From the IMG/VR virus record IMGVR_UViG_3300044997_001052: a stretch of DNA of 64,000 nt; one strand, given 5' to 3'. The stretch comes from an uncultured virus (IMG/VR IMGVR_UViG_3300044997_001052) (Duplodnaviria; Heunggongvirae; Uroviricota; Caudoviricetes). Of this stretch, positions 19,074 through 28,875 are shown in pieces (position 1 is the stretch's first letter; every line of letters starts with the position of its first letter). Both the position numbers and the translations under genes were made by a program. Below the pieces are notes generated by a model. It was not told the DNA's origin. It made no database searches and worked only from the letters and a program-made list of their open reading frames with translations.

Positions 19074-19141
19074 TGAATTTTGTATTTGACAAGACATAAA
19101 AATAATTACACATAAAATAAAAATTAACTGTAATAGTTAAT

Positions 19142-19657
19142 GTGACTGTTTCAGAAAGAGATATAGATTTCTTTGCTAAAAAATTAGGATTATCACCAGA
19201 AAAGGCTTTTCTACTTATCCAAGATCCAGATTGCTTACCAGAAATATTAAATAAAATATCTGAAGAAAATATAGATGGAATTGTGAACATAAGTTTTCCT
19301 GTTTTTGCAGAGCTTACTATTATAAAATATAGTAAAGATTTAAATTATTCATTCGAAGAAAAAGAATATATATCAGAAGCTGTTGGATCTAAATTTTATG
19401 ACCTTATAGAATATCCATTGCAAAATAAATATACTTTCAATTTAGAACACAATGAAGATACTGCAAAATCTGTTCTTGTATTTTTAGGATTTTTTTATAA
19501 AAGTCTAGAAAAAACTAGAAGATGTTATCCATCAGAAAATATATATTATTGGGTTGCTAAAAATGGATTTAAAAATTCAAATAAAGAAGATATATCATAT
19601 CATCTTAAAGATTGGATTAAAGTATTAAGAACTATACATAATGAAGTTTGGTTCTAA
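19142..19657 (+). CDS. hypothetical protein
   Basis: 171 aa ORF, GTG start with CTGTAA variant 8 nt upstream. Confidence 0.7.
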   Translation: MTVSERDIDFFAKKLGLSPEKAFLLIQDPDCLPEILNKISEENIDGIVNISFPVFAELTIIKYSKDLNYSFEEKEYISEAVGSKFYDLIEYPLQNKYTFNLEHNEDTAKSVLVFLGFFYKSLEKTRRCYPSENIYYWVAKNGFKNSNKEDISYHLKDWIKVLRTIHNEVWF

Positions 19658-19659
19658 AC

Positions 19660-19991
19660 GATATCCTCTATTATTTAACTTTTCTTTGATATCCAAAAGG
19701 GCTTTACCTCCAGATTTTACATATCTGAAGCTAAGTATGTATTATCAATCCAACTTTTCTTTTGACTCCAAATTTATCACGATTTCAGCGATAAACGGGC
19801 CATCGCACTTACGGATCAGAGGTAGCTTCGATCACTACATTCTGCGATGCCTATAGCTACATTTCCCTCACAAGCCATATTATGTACAAACGAAGGTTTT
19901 AATAGTTGTCAGCCCTTGGGACATTGCTATCTCAGGGATTGATAGTTGATTATTTGACATCAACAAACTGCTCTAATTGGAAGCTATGTTA
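19660..19991 (-). ncRNA. candidate structured non-coding RNA (~330 nt), family unknown
   Basis: own promoter; several hairpins whose G-U pairs only work on the minus strand; GCAA tetraloop; interleaved helices. Confidence 0.55.
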
Positions 19992-19997
19992 ACTAGT

Positions 19998-20026
19998 ATC
20001 TTACTTATTTTTTTATTTTTTGTCAA
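19998..20026 (-). promoter_or_regulatory. sigma70-like promoter driving the candidate ncRNA
   Basis: TTGACA-N17-TAAGAT with no ORF start following. Confidence 0.7.
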
Positions 20027-20045
20027 ATTTATTTATAATAAATTA

Positions 20046-20255
20046 ATGGAAATAATTAAAAATAAAACAAAATGGTTAGTTTATATACAAAAACGTATAA
20101 AATATTATAATATTGATAATCATACTATTTATGATGAACCGAGTGAATATCCATGTATTGCAATATCCCAATTGATATCAGACGTAAATGGCGCAAGAAT
20201 TAAATTTAATTTTGTTTATAAAAAAGATTGTCAGAAATTATTAAAAAGTTTATAA
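20046..20255 (+). CDS. hypothetical protein (likely start ATG 20046)
   Basis: MEIIKNK...; the longer TTG start at 19977 overlaps the promoter region. Confidence 0.55.
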   Translation: MEIIKNKTKWLVYIQKRIKYYNIDNHTIYDEPSEYPCIAISQLISDVNGARIKFNFVYKKDCQKLLKSL

Positions 20256-20256
20256 T

Positions 20257-20262
20257 GTGTAA
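20257..20262 (+). promoter_or_regulatory. GTGTAA motif upstream of tmRNA
   Basis: 22 nt before the mature 5' end. Confidence 0.55.
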
Positions 20263-20284
20263 TTAGTAATAGTTCTTTCTCATT

Positions 20285-20673
20285 GGGCCTGAATTTGGTT
20301 TCGATTTTAGTAATATGGATTAGAATGCAAGTAGAGGTTTAGGTGGGTCTCTTTAAAAAGCCTTAAAAGTATCAACTGCCAAAACAGCCAAATACAAAGG
20401 TCACATCTCTGCTAGAGTTTCTCTAGTCGAGAAGGCCGCTTCTGTAGCCTAAGTTCTACAGCGTGACTACTACGACACATCTAATAGATAGTTGCGTATT
20501 TAGATGTCTTTGCTTTTAAAGTTTTTTTATTCTTTATAGGTTTAGTATTTAAAATAAAATCGCTGAGTATGTTTGTTGTTTATCTATACAAAGTTAAAAA
20601 TAAAAACAACTAAACTTGTAGTATTTTAATTTAAATTATCTAAAAGACCTCGGTTCAACCCCGAGCAGGTCCA
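20285..20673 (+). ncRNA. ssrA: tmRNA
   Basis: 5' GGGCCTGAATTTGGTTTCGA; 3' T-arm CTCGG-TTCAACC-CCGAG then CAGGTCC-A; G3-U acceptor pair; tag ORF 20378-20452 ending ..AASVA-stop. Confidence 0.93.
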
Positions 20674-20709
20674 ATATTTATAAAAAAAATAATAAATAAT
20701 AAAATTCTT

Positions 20710-20715
20710 GTGTAA
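20710..20715 (+). promoter_or_regulatory. GTGTAA motif
   Basis: 8 nt before ATG at 20724. Confidence 0.6.
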
Positions 20716-20723
20716 TATTTGTT

Positions 20724-23150
20724 ATGGCCGAAGCACAATTAAGATCCAATGGTTTAATAAAGCTCAGAGGTGCAGAAGAAATAATGCAGCTTACTACTAA
20801 TCATCATAGTATTTGCGGTAATACAATACAAAAGACTTTAAATGAAGTTCTATTTGCTGAAGTGAAAGTTAAATACAGAGTAGAGATTAGACAATTCCCT
20901 TCCTCCGCCCAACTTCCAGCCGGATGGACGGCTTTAGATACAGTGAGTTATTACAATGGATATAAAAAAGGCTCATCAAATTTAGCTATAAAAACTACAG
21001 TTAAGAGCGTGTTTGGAATGAGTAATACAAGCAACAACACAACCATATCAGACAACTGGAAGTTTAGCGAAAAACAAAGAACAACGAACGAAAGCGAGAG
21101 AACCACTTGGGACGGCAGTATAACAAACATAGCAAGCGCCATACTACAAGAGTATAAAAGCACAGGATTAGAGCAAAAAATACTACAAGGCCTACAAAAA
21201 AATCCAGGCGTTTTAACTACAACAGAGGAATTTGTAAAATTTTATTATCAATCTATTAGACTAAGGTTTGGTTCTACAGCTACATTCTCAGGAAGAAGAA
21301 GAAAGTTTTCCGGCGTAGCAGTAGAATTGACTTCCTCATTAAAAATCAGCGCGAAAAGTGAGTATAGCTGTTTAGTTACAAAAAAAGGGGGGGAAAGCTC
21401 AGAGAACGACCCTAATTCTCAAATGGGGGTGAGTGTATTCGTAAATGATGGTATAAGGAACGATCCCGAGAATACTGGTATTCCTGAAATTAGACTAGAA
21501 AAATCAATATGCGGCACATGGTACTTCTTGGGTGAAGAAGGCGGGAAAGGACTTCAGCTTAGGGCTAGAAGCGTCGGTGGCTACGAGGATTTTCTAGCAG
21601 CCCAGGAAGAGCAGCGACGCCTACAGAACTTATTTTGGAGAAGAGAGCAAGCCTATAACGAGCAGATGGCTGCTAGTGGCGCGGCCGAGCGAACGACTAG
21701 AGAAATAGTGAGAAATCTATATGGTGGTTCGTCGGGTCCGAGAGGAGGTCTTTTTTTAGAAAAAAGCGGCAACGCAGTAATCAGTGGCTTTGGAGATCAT
21801 ATAGGAGATACATATGTTTGCACAGCAGTTAGAGCTCCAGTTATGTCGGCAGATAGAACAAGATATGATATACAAACTACATTAGGTATAGTTCTAGGCA
21901 ATACTCAGGCTGGTGACCCAGTTATAAAGGGCGTCGCGTTTTATGTGGAAAGTAGATATATACCAACAGCAGACGATGCAGTAAAAGCAGCCATAAGGAA
22001 CGCTCCATATCTTGTAGAGAAATTAGCGCAAATAGTAACAAACAAAAATAAGTCTGTTCCTCAAAAAGAACAGGAAGCAAGAGCGGCAGTAACAAATGCA
22101 TTATCGACAAACGCAATAACTACAGAGCAAGCACAAGCAACAAATAATCATATAACTAACTCAGTTGAAACCCTCAGAATTGATTACGAGGGAGTTACAA
22201 TTCCTCAGCAAATGGGGTCCGTGCTTGTTGGTACAAACCCAGCTATGGTTCCAGGCCAAACTATTTTTGGACCAGGCGCCTCTAACAATAATCAACCGAT
22301 ACCAGCTTCACAATCAGGTGCACCTGCTGTTGGCGGAGTAGTGGGTATAGCTCAAAATGCAGCTGTAAATAATCAAACAGTAACTCATAATCCTACTAAT
22401 AATCCACATATAGGAACAACTTTAAGCAATAGCTCAACTGTTGTTCCAGAAGGCTCTGCCCCACTAGCCGTTCAACAGGACCCACCCACAAATCAGGTTC
22501 CATCTAACAGTTTATCAGCCGTAGTAACAAATGCATATTTTGGTACCGGCATGGTGGGTGGTGGAGGCGGAACAACTGTTACTGCTGAGAATAAAAATTT
22601 TAATGGAACAAATGGAGTACCTCCTGTAATTTTGGGCACTGTTCCTGAGGGAGCAAAGCCAGAAGCTCAGACTTTAAAAAATGTATCAGAGGGAACAAAC
22701 GCGAGCGCAGTAATCAGTGGTCTACCTAAGGCTGATACTGGGGAGAAAGCTTTAGATAATCCGGCAACTAACAATATGCTTGGTCAGCTTACTCCTAACG
22801 CGAACGTAGGATATGTTTTTCAAACTAATGTTGTTACTCCTCCAGCCGCCGGTGTTACTACAACAGGTGGCAACATAATAGCAGACAGAGCCCCTATGCC
22901 AACTAAATCAGAGCTTGGCGAAGGAAGAGAAATAAATCAAAACTTTAACCCTGCGTTCGGACTTGCTGGTCTTGGAGGAGGAGACCCACCAGCAAATGAA
23001 AGTATTACTGGGGGCAGCAGCGGAAAAATAGAATTTATTTTTTCTCCACAAATTGATCCAAATAATTTAGGGACCATTGTTGTACCAGGTCAGCAAACTC
23101 ATATACCAGAGGGCACTTTAATACTAATTTTCTCAGAAGAGGGCGGGTGA
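20724..23150 (+). CDS. large hypothetical protein with Gly/Pro/Thr/Asn-rich C-terminal half, possibly virion-associated
   Basis: 808 aa ORF, low-complexity C-terminal part, GTGTAA motif upstream. Confidence 0.8.
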   Translation: MAEAQLRSNGLIKLRGAEEIMQLTTNHHSICGNTIQKTLNEVLFAEVKVKYRVEIRQFPSSAQLPAGWTALDTVSYYNGYKKGSSNLAIKTTVKSVFGMSNTSNNTTISDNWKFSEKQRTTNESERTTWDGSITNIASAILQEYKSTGLEQKILQGLQKNPGVLTTTEEFVKFYYQSIRLRFGSTATFSGRRRKFSGVAVELTSSLKISAKSEYSCLVTKKGGESSENDPNSQMGVSVFVNDGIRNDPENTGIPEIRLEKSICGTWYFLGEEGGKGLQLRARSVGGYEDFLAAQEEQRRLQNLFWRREQAYNEQMAASGAAERTTREIVRNLYGGSSGPRGGLFLEKSGNAVISGFGDHIGDTYVCTAVRAPVMSADRTRYDIQTTLGIVLGNTQAGDPVIKGVAFYVESRYIPTADDAVKAAIRNAPYLVEKLAQIVTNKNKSVPQKEQEARAAVTNALSTNAITTEQAQATNNHITNSVETLRIDYEGVTIPQQMGSVLVGTNPAMVPGQTIFGPGASNNNQPIPASQSGAPAVGGVVGIAQNAAVNNQTVTHNPTNNPHIGTTLSNSSTVVPEGSAPLAVQQDPPTNQVPSNSLSAVVTNAYFGTGMVGGGGGTTVTAENKNFNGTNGVPPVILGTVPEGAKPEAQTLKNVSEGTNASAVISGLPKADTGEKALDNPATNNMLGQLTPNANVGYVFQTNVVTPPAAGVTTTGGNIIADRAPMPTKSELGEGREINQNFNPAFGLAGLGGGDPPANESITGGSSGKIEFIFSPQIDPNNLGTIVVPGQQTHIPEGTLILIFSEEGG

Positions 23151-23196
23151 AACTGATATATCAGACGGCGTTTTAATACTAATTTTTGAAGAAGAG
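23096..23196 (+). repeat. imperfect 46-bp tandem duplication spanning the stop codon of 20724..23150
   Basis: 23096-23141 vs 23151-23196, 38/46 identical. Confidence 0.85.
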
Positions 23197-23224
23197 TAAG
23201 TTTTCATATAATATATTTATATAG

Positions 23225-24190
23225 ATGAATATTTTTTGGCCAGATATACATAAAAATCTTACTAGAAATATAGCCAAAGCCCTCTCTTTACTTGGGCATA
23301 ATCTTATTTTACCTAGCGCCCAGTATTTACCATCAAATTTTCCACCAAAGCAATTCAATCAATGGATTTGGAATACTTCGTGGACCCAAGAAAAAGCAAA
23401 TTTAGAATTTCAGACAAATAATATTAAAGTTTTAAGTAAAGAAGAAATTATTGATCTTAAACCAGATATAATATTTATTACCAGCTTTGAAACTCAATTT
23501 GAAATACTTAATGGAATATGGCCATATGTTAAAGATAGCAGCAAACTAGCTTGCTATAGCGGTAATGATTATTGGGACGGAGCCTATCCTTTTTATATTA
23601 TTAAAAATTATCTTTGCGCAGATTATACAGGTTTTCTTTTAGCAAATAAATATAAAATAAATCACCTCTGCTATAAACCTTGGGTGGACTACGATAGATG
23701 CACTTTTAATGGGCCAACTGATGGTAATATAGTAGGTATTTATATTTCAGAATATGAAAAGAATTTTAATCAAGAATACAATATGAGTCGCGAGCTTCAA
23801 AAATTGACCCCATATATAGATTATCATTATCATACTAATAGTTCCCAAGAAGAATTAACCAAAACATTAAAATCAAGCATAGCTACTCAGCACATTAAAC
23901 ACCTTGAAGGTTACGGTATAGCAGTAATTGAAAGTATGGCTTGTGGCAAGCCAGTATTTATGCATCGTAGAATGGCTCAAAATAAAAGTCTTATGCAGTG
24001 GAGCATAGAAAATGTTACTGCGTTATTCTTTGAAAGCGAATATGAATATATAGCCAAACTAAAAGCATTATACGAAAGCAAAGATTATAGATATTTTCTT
24101 CAAAATACCACCGCAAATATTATAAGACAAATAATTGACAATCAAAGAGAAACAGAAAAACTTGGACATTTTCTTAATAATCTAGTATAA
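23225..24190 (+). CDS. GT4-like glycosyltransferase
   Basis: EGYGIAVIESMACGKPV. Confidence 0.75.
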   Translation: MNIFWPDIHKNLTRNIAKALSLLGHNLILPSAQYLPSNFPPKQFNQWIWNTSWTQEKANLEFQTNNIKVLSKEEIIDLKPDIIFITSFETQFEILNGIWPYVKDSSKLACYSGNDYWDGAYPFYIIKNYLCADYTGFLLANKYKINHLCYKPWVDYDRCTFNGPTDGNIVGIYISEYEKNFNQEYNMSRELQKLTPYIDYHYHTNSSQEELTKTLKSSIATQHIKHLEGYGIAVIESMACGKPVFMHRRMAQNKSLMQWSIENVTALFFESEYEYIAKLKALYESKDYRYFLQNTTANIIRQIIDNQRETEKLGHFLNNLV

Positions 24191-24198
24191 TTTTTATA

Positions 24199-25032
24199 GT
24201 GAAAATTTGGCTCTGCGGAATTACTCAAAACGAAAAGCAGAATATTGATGATATGACAAAAGATATATATCAATATTTTGATGGCTTAATCTTTGTAGAC
24301 GGTGGATCAACAGATGGTACACTAGACATATTAAACGCAAGAAAAGGCCAAGGAAAGATCATAAACAGAGAATGGTCAAATGACCATGATCTCCAAATGA
24401 ATGGTTTTTTAAGGTCTAATATTATACAAAATGGAGATTGGTTTATAATAAGAGATAGTTGCGAAAGATTAAATATAGACTGGGTTAAGAATTTGCGTAA
24501 TTTTATAGAGAATTTCTTAGACAAAAATAAAATAAATAGTTGCGTTGATAGACAAAAAGCTTTTCTTGTTAAATATTTTGATGATATGATATTTCAAGGT
24601 AGCCCGCATTGGGGATTACAAGGTATGAGGCCAGGATACATTGATCTCTACGAATACTATGGAAAAAATCAACAACTATTTGCTTGGGAGGAGAGACCAT
24701 CTCAAAGAAAGCATTATATTGATAGTGATATGAAGTATTACTTTGTTTATGGAAGATCTAATCATTGCGTTCTTCATTATTATGATAATGGTAGAACTTC
24801 AGAAAGATATCAACAACAAGAAAGTATAAGACAGCAATTTAGAGCATATTGTGAAGGTCTTCGGATAGAATTCAAATTAGAATCATTGATTAATTACTGG
24901 AAAAATAACTCAATCAATCAAATTATGAAAGAATTTATTAATAACGAAAGATTAATAAGAAGATTTTATAGATTAAATATACTTAACGAAAGCGTAGAAT
25001 CTATAGATAAAAATGAAGAATGGAGAATATAA
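24199..25032 (+). CDS. GT2-like glycosyltransferase
   Basis: ITQNE, VDGGSTDGT, W..D.CE. Confidence 0.75.
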   Translation: MKIWLCGITQNEKQNIDDMTKDIYQYFDGLIFVDGGSTDGTLDILNARKGQGKIINREWSNDHDLQMNGFLRSNIIQNGDWFIIRDSCERLNIDWVKNLRNFIENFLDKNKINSCVDRQKAFLVKYFDDMIFQGSPHWGLQGMRPGYIDLYEYYGKNQQLFAWEERPSQRKHYIDSDMKYYFVYGRSNHCVLHYYDNGRTSERYQQQESIRQQFRAYCEGLRIEFKLESLINYWKNNSINQIMKEFINNERLIRRFYRLNILNESVESIDKNEEWRI

Positions 25033-25594
25033 AAATGCAGCATTTTTACGAAAATATACAAGGATGGTTTGATTATCCAGATTTATATAAATATTATATT
25101 AATAACGCCAAAGATAATTTTAAATCAATAGAAATTGGAGTTTATAAAGGCAGAAGTACAGCCTTTATGGGTGTAGAAATTATTAATAGTAATAAAAAAT
25201 TAACTCATTATGCCCTAGATCATTTTTATGGTAATAATGAACATAGAGAAGAAGGCAATCCTAACTATACTCCAGAAGCAATTGATGGTACATTATGTAA
25301 TCTTTTTTTAAAAAATATAGAACCAGTAAAAGATGTTATTGTACCGATAAACAAAGATTCAAGAGAAGCACATAAAGATTTTGAAAATAATTTTTTGATT
25401 TAATATTCATAGATGGACATCATGGATACGAAGAATGTTTGACAGATATGAAATTATGGTATCCTAAATTAAAGAAGAATGGAATTTTTGCTGGACATGA
25501 TCTATGGACAGAATCTGTTCAAAGGGCAGTTTATGAATTTCTAAATCGAGATTTTACAAATTTTTCTGGATGCTGGTTTCATATTAAAAAATAA
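25020..25594 (+). pseudogene. Methyltransf_24-like methyltransferase, frameshifted at a T6 run
   Basis: IEIGVYKGRS in first frame; DLIFIDGHHGY..WYPKLKKNGIFAGHD continues in -1 frame after 25391-25396 to TAA 25594. Confidence 0.8.
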
Positions 25595-26494
25595 ATGAAA
25601 ATAGCAGATTGCTTTATGTATTTCAATGAAAAAGATATCGCATATCTTAGAATTAAAGAATTATATGATGCTGTAGATTACTTTATAATTAATGAAGCAA
25701 CAAAGACTCACCAAGGACAGAATAAAGAATTATTTTTTTGGAAAGACGAAAGACTTAAAGAATTTAAAAATAAAATAATTTATTCTCCAATAGAACTAGA
25801 TGGAAGATTTGACGCTTTAATGCCAAAATTTTTTCCAGATGCAAAAATTGGTGCAAAAGAGCACGAACAAAGAATAAGACTTTTAGAACAAATTGAACCT
25901 CTAAATTTAGATAATTTAGATACAGTAATGATTTCAGATTGTGATGAAATTCCCAATAAAAATATTTTTCAAGAAATGATAAAATATCCAATTGTTGCAT
26001 TAAATCAAATGTTTTTTGTTCATTATATTGATGTTTATACAAATAAGAATGTTACAGGAACTGTAGCTTGTAAATATGAAGGATTAAAATATTTAAATAC
26101 TTTATGTTTTGGCATGGGACTTCAACTACTAAGAAGAGATAAAGATTTTATGCCAAGAATAGAAAACGGTGGATGGCATTACTCTTATATGGGAGGACCT
26201 AAAACGATGAGCGAAAAAGTTGTTTCTATTTACGACGGTAATCCAGATTCTCAATGGAAAACAGAAGAAGCAGCTCAACAATTAATTGATGAAAGCATTA
26301 AAAATAGGCAAAGTCCATTTTCTCAAGAACCAATTGCTATATTAGATTTTAAATATGCAACATTTGCTGATTTAAACTTTATAACAGCAAAGCAAGGCGG
26401 CTGGCAAAAAGTATCCGCTAGATGTCAAATACATCCTAAAGTATTAGAATTAGATTTTAATGGAGATTTTGAAAATTTGAGGTATAAAAAATGA
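25595..26494 (+). CDS. GT17-like (beta-1,4-GlcNAc transferase family) glycosyltransferase
   Basis: DCFMYFNE, E..QR, ISDCDEIP, GGWHYSY. Confidence 0.8.
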   Translation: MKIADCFMYFNEKDIAYLRIKELYDAVDYFIINEATKTHQGQNKELFFWKDERLKEFKNKIIYSPIELDGRFDALMPKFFPDAKIGAKEHEQRIRLLEQIEPLNLDNLDTVMISDCDEIPNKNIFQEMIKYPIVALNQMFFVHYIDVYTNKNVTGTVACKYEGLKYLNTLCFGMGLQLLRRDKDFMPRIENGGWHYSYMGGPKTMSEKVVSIYDGNPDSQWKTEEAAQQLIDESIKNRQSPFSQEPIAILDFKYATFADLNFITAKQGGWQKVSARCQIHPKVLELDFNGDFENLRYKK

Positions 26495-27369
26495 AAGATA
26501 CGGATTTTATATTAGCCTACGAACAAAATCCACAAATATATGATTATATTTATCAAAATGGAATTTTTTATAAAAATAATACAAATAAAAGACAATATCA
26601 TTTTCCAGAAATAGACTTAGCGAAAAATAAATTAAATGCAGTAAATGAAGATATAAATGATAATTCTATAATATATTTCTGCATGAATGAATTTGAAAAT
26701 TTATTAAATATTTTAGGGAAAAATTTAAATAAAAAGTATGTATTACTTGCAGATGGAGGAGATGGAAATGTTGAAAATTTAAAAGTATCAGATAATATTT
26801 TGCACGTATATTGTCCAAACCTACCATTTTATAACAACAAGTATAGTCCATTTCCAAGAGGAATTTTAAAAAATAATTATTTAAGAGGAACACAAAATAT
26901 TGAAAATTTTAATAGATCAAAAATTATATATTGTAATTTTACAATATATTCTTATTCTAATCACAGAATAAATGATTTTAATTATTGGTATAATTTATCA
27001 TTATCAAATAATTATATAACCATAAAAAAAACTAATCATTCAGATGATCAATCTTATTGGAAAGATCTATACGAACATAAATTTAATATCTGTTCTTCTC
27101 CAGCATCAGATACGGATAAAAATCAAAATAGAGATACTTATAGACTTTGGGAAACCTTAGTAGCTGGATGTATTCCAATAATCAAAAGAAGTAAAATGGC
27201 AGAATTTTTTTATAGTTTAAATTTACCAATATTAATTGTTGATAACTGGGAAGAAGCTTCATTAGATTATTTAAATAAAATTTTAGAAGCATTCTTTAAT
27301 AAATCTTTAGAAGCGACAAAAGAACAATATTGGATAAATAAATTAAGAGGACATTTCAAATATGAGTAA
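26491..27369 (+). CDS. exostosin/GT47-like protein
   Basis: KF.ICSP...DTYRLWETLVAGCIPI, LPILIV..W. Confidence 0.7.
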   Translation: MKDTDFILAYEQNPQIYDYIYQNGIFYKNNTNKRQYHFPEIDLAKNKLNAVNEDINDNSIIYFCMNEFENLLNILGKNLNKKYVLLADGGDGNVENLKVSDNILHVYCPNLPFYNNKYSPFPRGILKNNYLRGTQNIENFNRSKIIYCNFTIYSYSNHRINDFNYWYNLSLSNNYITIKKTNHSDDQSYWKDLYEHKFNICSSPASDTDKNQNRDTYRLWETLVAGCIPIIKRSKMAEFFYSLNLPILIVDNWEEASLDYLNKILEAFFNKSLEATKEQYWINKLRGHFKYE

Positions 27370-28066
27370 TCCATTTGATTTTTTTCAAGAAATTTATTGT
27401 ATAAATTTAGCTTATCGCACAGATAAGTGGAAGACGTGCTTAGAGCAATTTGAAAAAATAGGTATACATAATAGAGTAGAAAGGCTCGAAGCAATAAAAT
27501 TTGAAGGATCACATCCATATGTAAATATTCGTTCAGCTGGATGTTTTGCTTCTCATAGAGCAGCCATTAATTTAATCAAAAAACGCAACTTAAATAATGC
27601 TTTAATTTTTGAGGACGATGTTGAATTTATAAACGATGTAAATAAACATTTATCACTATCATTAGAAGAATTAAAAAAAGAAAATTCATGGGATATATTT
27701 TATTTAGGGATGCATGTTGGAGAAAAAATGGACAACAATAGGCCAAATCAAATTCCACTAGAAAGAGTTAATCAAAATTTATTAAAAGTAAATGTCGCTT
27801 TATGCGCTCACGCTCAAGCTTATAGTAAAGAAGCTGCCGAAATTATTAGTTCAAATATTCCAGCAGGACAAGAAATCATACCTTGGCTTCAAAGAAATGA
27901 AAGCGTAGATGGATGGTTAATGAGAAATATCCTACCAAGAGGAAAATCATTTTCTACAAATGAAATATTAGCTACTCAAGCAGAATCTTTTTCAGATAAT
28001 AATCTTGTAATGACTAGATTAGATAAATATTTTGTAGAAGCTTTTTATAAATATAGACCAATATGA
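27362..28066 (+). CDS. GT25-family glycosyltransferase
   Basis: INL..R.D, GCFASH, LIFEDD. Confidence 0.8.
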   Translation: MSNPFDFFQEIYCINLAYRTDKWKTCLEQFEKIGIHNRVERLEAIKFEGSHPYVNIRSAGCFASHRAAINLIKKRNLNNALIFEDDVEFINDVNKHLSLSLEELKKENSWDIFYLGMHVGEKMDNNRPNQIPLERVNQNLLKVNVALCAHAQAYSKEAAEIISSNIPAGQEIIPWLQRNESVDGWLMRNILPRGKSFSTNEILATQAESFSDNNLVMTRLDKYFVEAFYKYRPI

Positions 28067-28875
28067 TTACTTTTTCTAAACTTGGTAATTTCGGCTCAAT
28101 TGGAAATCAACTTTTTCAATATTCCACATTATACTCTATTGGTAAATTAAATGGATATAGTATTAAAATTCCAAATACAGAAGAACATTTTTGTGAAGGC
28201 GCAAAAAGAATTCAGCATTATTTTTTAAATTGTTTCAAGAGTATATCTGCAGAAATTCTAAATGAACAAGATTTAAAATTAATAAAACATAAAGCTAATT
28301 GGAGATATCCAGCGCTCTTTAATCCAGAAGTATTAAAAATACCAGATTATACAGATTTAGAAGGTTATTTTCAATCATACAAATTTTTTGAAAATTGTAA
28401 AAATGACTTATTAGATCAATTTCAATTTAAAGATTCAATAATAGACGCAGTTTATAAAAAATATAACTTTGATTTTAGTAACCTTTCTTCAGTTCATTTA
28501 AGGTGTGGAGACTATATTGGCAGAGATAATCATCATCCAATAATGAATAAAAATTACTATCAAAAAGCTTTTGAACTAGTAAATGTTTCTAATTATTTAG
28601 TTTTTTCAGACACTATTGATTATGCAAAACAAATTTTTAATGAATTCAAAGATATTAACTTCACATATATAGAGAATAATCATGCATTTGAAGATATGTA
28701 TCTTATGTCTAGTTGTCAAAACAATATTTTGGCTAATAGTAGTTTCTCTTGGTGGTCAGCATATATAAATAAAAATAATAATAAAGTTGTTGCATCCTCC
28801 AATTGGTTTGGATCAGCTTATAATGGTCAATGGAAACTTGATGATCTTATACCTAAAGAATGGACTATCATATGA
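28063..28875 (+). CDS. GT11 alpha-1,2-fucosyltransferase-like
   Basis: GNQLFQY, GYFQS, VHLRCGDY, ANSSFSWW. Confidence 0.88.
   Translation: MITFSKLGNFGSIGNQLFQYSTLYSIGKLNGYSIKIPNTEEHFCEGAKRIQHYFLNCFKSISAEILNEQDLKLIKHKANWRYPALFNPEVLKIPDYTDLEGYFQSYKFFENCKNDLLDQFQFKDSIIDAVYKKYNFDFSNLSSVHLRCGDYIGRDNHHPIMNKNYYQKAFELVNVSNYLVFSDTIDYAKQIFNEFKDINFTYIENNHAFEDMYLMSSCQNNILANSSFSWWSAYINKNNNKVVASSNWFGSAYNGQWKLDDLIPKEWTII

Noticed and set aside
19660..19991. RNase P RNA or self-splicing intron
   Set aside because: GAGGGAAAUG only loosely resembles GAGGAAAGUCC and no matching 3' P4 strand was found; the flanking genes are not interrupted
20645..20673. Stand-alone tRNA
   Set aside because: The T-arm and acceptor strand pair with 20285-20291 as part of the tmRNA; there is no anticodon arm
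23096..23196. Diversity-generating retroelement TR/VR pair
   Set aside because: Mismatches are not adenine-specific, the repeat is only 46 bp, and no reverse transcriptase is in the window
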